Positions 60,864 to 64,000 of a DNA stretch of 64,000 bases are shown piece after piece (the first letter of the stretch is position 1; each line of letters starts with the position of its first letter). The notes beneath the pieces are model-generated. The model had not been told where the DNA came from and did not search any database. It saw nothing but the letters and a program-made list of their open reading frames with translations. The position numbers and the translations under genes were made by a program. This stretch comes from Gammaproteobacteria bacterium RIFCSPHIGHO2_12_FULL_35_23 (GTDB taxonomy: Bacteria; Pseudomonadota; Gammaproteobacteria; UBA12402), in contig MGXT01000023.1 of assembly GCA_001801465.1 (NCBI GenBank), positions 3,809 to 67,808 of the forward strand, written 5' to 3'.

Positions 60864-63479
60864 ATGATGAATACTTCTTGCTATCAACAATTATTTAAGA
60901 ATATTGATCCACTCAACTCACTAGTTCTTACCCCTAACAAACGTTTGGCTGCTCGTATTCATCAAGAGTATGCCCGTTATCAAAAACAAACGGTCTGGCA
61001 AACACCCGCTATTTTACCATTAGATACCTGGTTAGAAAATTGCTGGCAACTTTTAGTGACTCAAGGACAAACTAACGGTTATCTTTTATTAAATAACCAA
61101 CAAACCCAGCTCATCTGGCAACGGCTTATTAAAGAAGACTGTACAGAAAACTTACTTAACCTAAACGCCACCTGTCAACAAGTCAATAATGCCTGGCAAC
61201 TTTTACAACAATGGCAATTGGATCCTAGCGATCCCAGACTAGCACTAACATTAGATCATCGTTTATTTTTAAAATGGGTAGAAAACTATCAACAAATTTG
61301 TTTAGACAATAAATATCTTGATCAAGCAAGTTTAAGTCAATGGCTTAGTCAATCTTTCAATAACCTGACTCTTAACCCTCCTTCTCATATTGTCTTAGTC
61401 AGTTTTACTGAATTACGACCGGATATTGATTACTTAATGACTCAATTAAAAAACTTAGCTTGTAAGATTAATGAATGGCAACCTAAAATAATTAATCTTT
61501 CTAAAACAACTTTATCATTACCAGATAAGATGGAGGAAATTACGATTGTTGCTAAATGGGCAAAAACCATTCATCAGCAACATCCTCAAAGTCAGATAGC
61601 TTGTATCTTTCAAAATATAACCCAAGATCGTCAATTAATCGAGCAAGCCTTTTATGAAACCTTTGGCATCGATCAACAAATTAACAACGACTTGCCCTTT
61701 GCACTATCAAGTGGAACTCGGTTTGTCACCATACCCATTATTCATGCTGCTTTAAATTGTTTGCAGCTAAAAACTAAATTAATTGCTTTTGAAAAAATAA
61801 AACAATTTCTCTACTCTCCTTTTTTCATTGCCAAGGAAGAAGAGCTCTTTCAACAAGTTTTATTCGTTAGCATTTTGCAACAAACTGAACAGGCTACTTT
61901 TTATACTAACCAACTTTTTTTTCATTTGAAAAAATTTAATGCTGAACTCTGTATACACAATGCACTACAAGTATTTTTAAATGAGCCTATTCCTAACTTA
62001 CAGTTACCAAGCCAATGGGCAGAATATTTTTCAAAACTATTACAAATGGTAGGTTGGCCAGGACAACGCTCATTAACCAGCTCAGAATATCAAGCCTGCC
62101 AGCGCTGGCTACGGCTATTAAATGAGCTGGCTTTATTAGATACTGTTTCAGAACCACTCACTTACTCAGAGGCATTACAGCTATTAACTGAACTTGCTGT
62201 CGATACCATTTTCCAAGCAGAGTCTTCACAAAGTCATATCCAAATCTTGGGGTTACTAGAAGCAGTAGGCATGACTTTTGATTATATATGGGTCACAGGG
62301 CTTGACAGCAAATCTTGGCCGCCTCTTGCTAATCCTCATCCCTTGATTCCTATCGCGTTACAGCGCGAACTCAATATGCCGCATTGTTCTGCCGAACGAG
62401 AGTTAGTTTTTTGTCAACGCTTAACGGAACAGTTATTGACAACTTGCCAACATTTTATTGCTAGCTATGCAGAACAAGACAAAGAAATTATTTTACAAAA
62501 AAGTCCTTTACTAAAGGACTTACCACTTAGTCAGTTAGAATCTTTATTGCCAACTGAAATTAAATCAATTAAGCGGCCGTTAATAGAATATTTTATCGAT
62601 GAACAAGCTCCACAAGTTACTGCAGATGAAAAAATTAAAGGTGGGACAGGATTACTTAAACGTCAAGCAGCGTGTCCTTTCCGCGCGTTTGCAGAATATC
62701 GTTTATTAGCTAAACCTATAGAAAATTACGCATTAGGTATTGATGCCAAAACCAAAGGTAAATTAATTCATAAAGCTTTAGAACTATTATGGAAACAACT
62801 TAACTCACAAGCACGTTTACTTACCTTAACCGAAACTAAGCAAAATAACTTGCTGTATGCAGTGATTGAACAAACCTTTCAAAGCATTAATATACCTACT
62901 CAAAATTATGCTTTAATTTCCTTAGAAAAAACTCGTCTTCACAAACTACTTACAGAATGGCTGTCTTATGAAAGAAAAAGACCAGCATTTGAAGTAATAG
63001 CCACTGAAAAGTGGCAATCCGTTAAACTTAATGAATTAACTTTGAAAGTTCAAGTTGATCGAATTGATCAAACTCGGCAAGGCTCAATGATTCTTTTAGA
63101 TTATAAAACTGGTAAAACTTCTATTAACGATTGGTTTAGTCAACGACCCAATGAACCACAACTACCTTTATATACTTTAGTCTGCTCCGGACCTATTACA
63201 GCTATGGCTTTTGCCCAACTAAAAGCGGATGAAATTCGTTTTAAAGGAATCACGCTTACTACAGAAGGATTACCAGATTGTGACCTCCCTGAAAAAATTA
63301 AAGACTGTTTACCCAATTGGGAAAATCAATTACAACTTTGGCGACAAACACTTCTTCAGCTCGCTGATGATTTTATAGCAGGTAAAGCGTTAGTTGACCC
63401 TAAAAATCCACGAGAAACTTGTCAGCAATGCCATTTATCGAGTCTTTGCCGAGTTCACGAAACTATTAATATAGATTAG
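60864..63479 (+). CDS. AddB-like DNA repair protein (inactive helicase-like region plus PD-(D/E)XK nuclease with Fe-S staple)
   Basis: LTPNKRLA, ACPFRAF, QVDRID...LLDYKTG, PQLPLY and CQQCHLSSLCR. Confidence 0.85.
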   Translation: MMNTSCYQQLFKNIDPLNSLVLTPNKRLAARIHQEYARYQKQTVWQTPAILPLDTWLENCWQLLVTQGQTNGYLLLNNQQTQLIWQRLIKEDCTENLLNLNATCQQVNNAWQLLQQWQLDPSDPRLALTLDHRLFLKWVENYQQICLDNKYLDQASLSQWLSQSFNNLTLNPPSHIVLVSFTELRPDIDYLMTQLKNLACKINEWQPKIINLSKTTLSLPDKMEEITIVAKWAKTIHQQHPQSQIACIFQNITQDRQLIEQAFYETFGIDQQINNDLPFALSSGTRFVTIPIIHAALNCLQLKTKLIAFEKIKQFLYSPFFIAKEEELFQQVLFVSILQQTEQATFYTNQLFFHLKKFNAELCIHNALQVFLNEPIPNLQLPSQWAEYFSKLLQMVGWPGQRSLTSSEYQACQRWLRLLNELALLDTVSEPLTYSEALQLLTELAVDTIFQAESSQSHIQILGLLEAVGMTFDYIWVTGLDSKSWPPLANPHPLIPIALQRELNMPHCSAERELVFCQRLTEQLLTTCQHFIASYAEQDKEIILQKSPLLKDLPLSQLESLLPTEIKSIKRPLIEYFIDEQAPQVTADEKIKGGTGLLKRQAACPFRAFAEYRLLAKPIENYALGIDAKTKGKLIHKALELLWKQLNSQARLLTLTETKQNNLLYAVIEQTFQSINIPTQNYALISLEKTRLHKLLTEWLSYERKRPAFEVIATEKWQSVKLNELTLKVQVDRIDQTRQGSMILLDYKTGKTSINDWFSQRPNEPQLPLYTLVCSGPITAMAFAQLKADEIRFKGITLTTEGLPDCDLPEKIKDCLPNWENQLQLWRQTLLQLADDFIAGKALVDPKNPRETCQQCHLSSLCRVHETINID

Positions 63480-63673
63480 CTTGAAATCCGTAGAATCTAT
63501 TTACTAAAATTTAATTAATACTCTAAAGGTAAAAAGGATTACTTACTTTTACCAGCTTTCATCCTTATTTTACCTGGTGTTTATCATTGATTTAAAGCAT
63601 CAATGATTTCTTACAGGACATAATGGTAAGTATCCTGATGAATGAAATCTTATTGACTAGAAGAAAAATAATT

Positions 63674-63853
63674 TTACTTACTTCTTCTCTTCTGTGGTTG
63701 CGAACCACCCTTTTGATCCATCTTGCTAAGCACTTGTGGTTCATTTTGCTTACGTGTTACTGCCTCTTTGGAAGCGTCTGAAGGCTTCTTACTTGATAGC
63801 TTTTGGTTTCGTGCTTGCGCTCCTTTTTGTCCTATTTCTTGTCTGCTAGTCAT
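63674..63853 (-). CDS. Small hydrophilic KGG-motif stress protein (YciG/GsiB-like), 59 aa, not in the ORF track
   Basis: Hand translation MTSRQEIGQKGAQARNQKLSSKKPSDASKEAVTRKQNEPQVLSKMDQKGGSQPQKRRSK*; AAGGAG RBS upstream. Confidence 0.7.
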   Translation of the reverse strand: MTSRQEIGQKGAQARNQKLSSKKPSDASKEAVTRKQNEPQVLSKMDQKGGSQPQKRRSK

Positions 63854-63890
63854 AGTTAGTCTCCTTGTATTTAATTAAAATAACACTATT

Positions 63891-64000
63891 TTATTCTTTG
63901 TCATCTGCTTTGCTACCCTGAGAGCGAGAGCTATCCTTTTGCCCCGTTTTATTAATAGCTTGTGGGGCATGCTCTTTTATAATTGCTGCTGCTTCTTTGG
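63891..64000 (-). CDS. 3' end of a tandem paralogue of the KGG-type protein (5' end outside the window)
   Basis: ...KEAAAIIKEHAPQAINKTGQKDSSRSQGSKADDKE* aligns with KEAV-TRKQNEPQVLSKMDQKGGSQPQ. Confidence 0.55.
   Translation of the reverse strand, partial: KEAAAIIKEHAPQAINKTGQKDSSRSQGSKADDKE

Noticed and set aside
63585..63607. TCATTGAT-N7-ATCAATGA as an FNR box
   Set aside because: Spacer is 7 nt rather than 4 and it lies between convergent genes; more likely a terminator-type hairpin.
1..64000. CRISPR arrays, tRNA/rRNA, IS elements, prophage, defence systems
   Set aside because: No repeat-spacer periodicity, structural RNA signature, transposase/integrase or phage genes recognised by eye; covariance-model searches were not run.

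Overview
AT-rich chromosomal segment from a gammaproteobacterium, most likely Legionellales/Coxiella-like. That placement is an inference from an EnhA-type L,D-transpeptidase, orphan proteins with Dot/Icm-substrate-like C-termini and the yafS-rnhA-dnaQ/gloB-mltD block. About 50 CDS; I recognised no rRNA, tRNA, CRISPR array, transposase or prophage. The left ~28 kb is accessory: amidase, P-type ATPase, a tandem beta-barrel OMP, a PRTase/EreA-like/hydrolase operon, a decayed general-stress patch and two effector-like orphans with cryptic nitrilase-like and ART-like motifs. The right part is more core: rlmI, RRM-deaD, SSADH plus a ThDP decarboxylase, fnr, def, htpG, fumC, pepN, dnaQ, rnhA, gloB, mltD and an addB-like gene. 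Strongest leads: (1) a DARS-like DnaA-box/IHF element upstream of the addB-like gene; (2) a cyanobacterial-type 2-oxoglutarate decarboxylase/SSADH TCA-bypass operon; (3) a single-chain GltD/NfnB-PyrK/NfnA flavo-Fe-S fusion co-transcribed with a CBS protein; (4) the PRTase-EreA-hydrolase module; (5) the candidate effectors. All family calls come from reading motifs by eye; no database searches were run.
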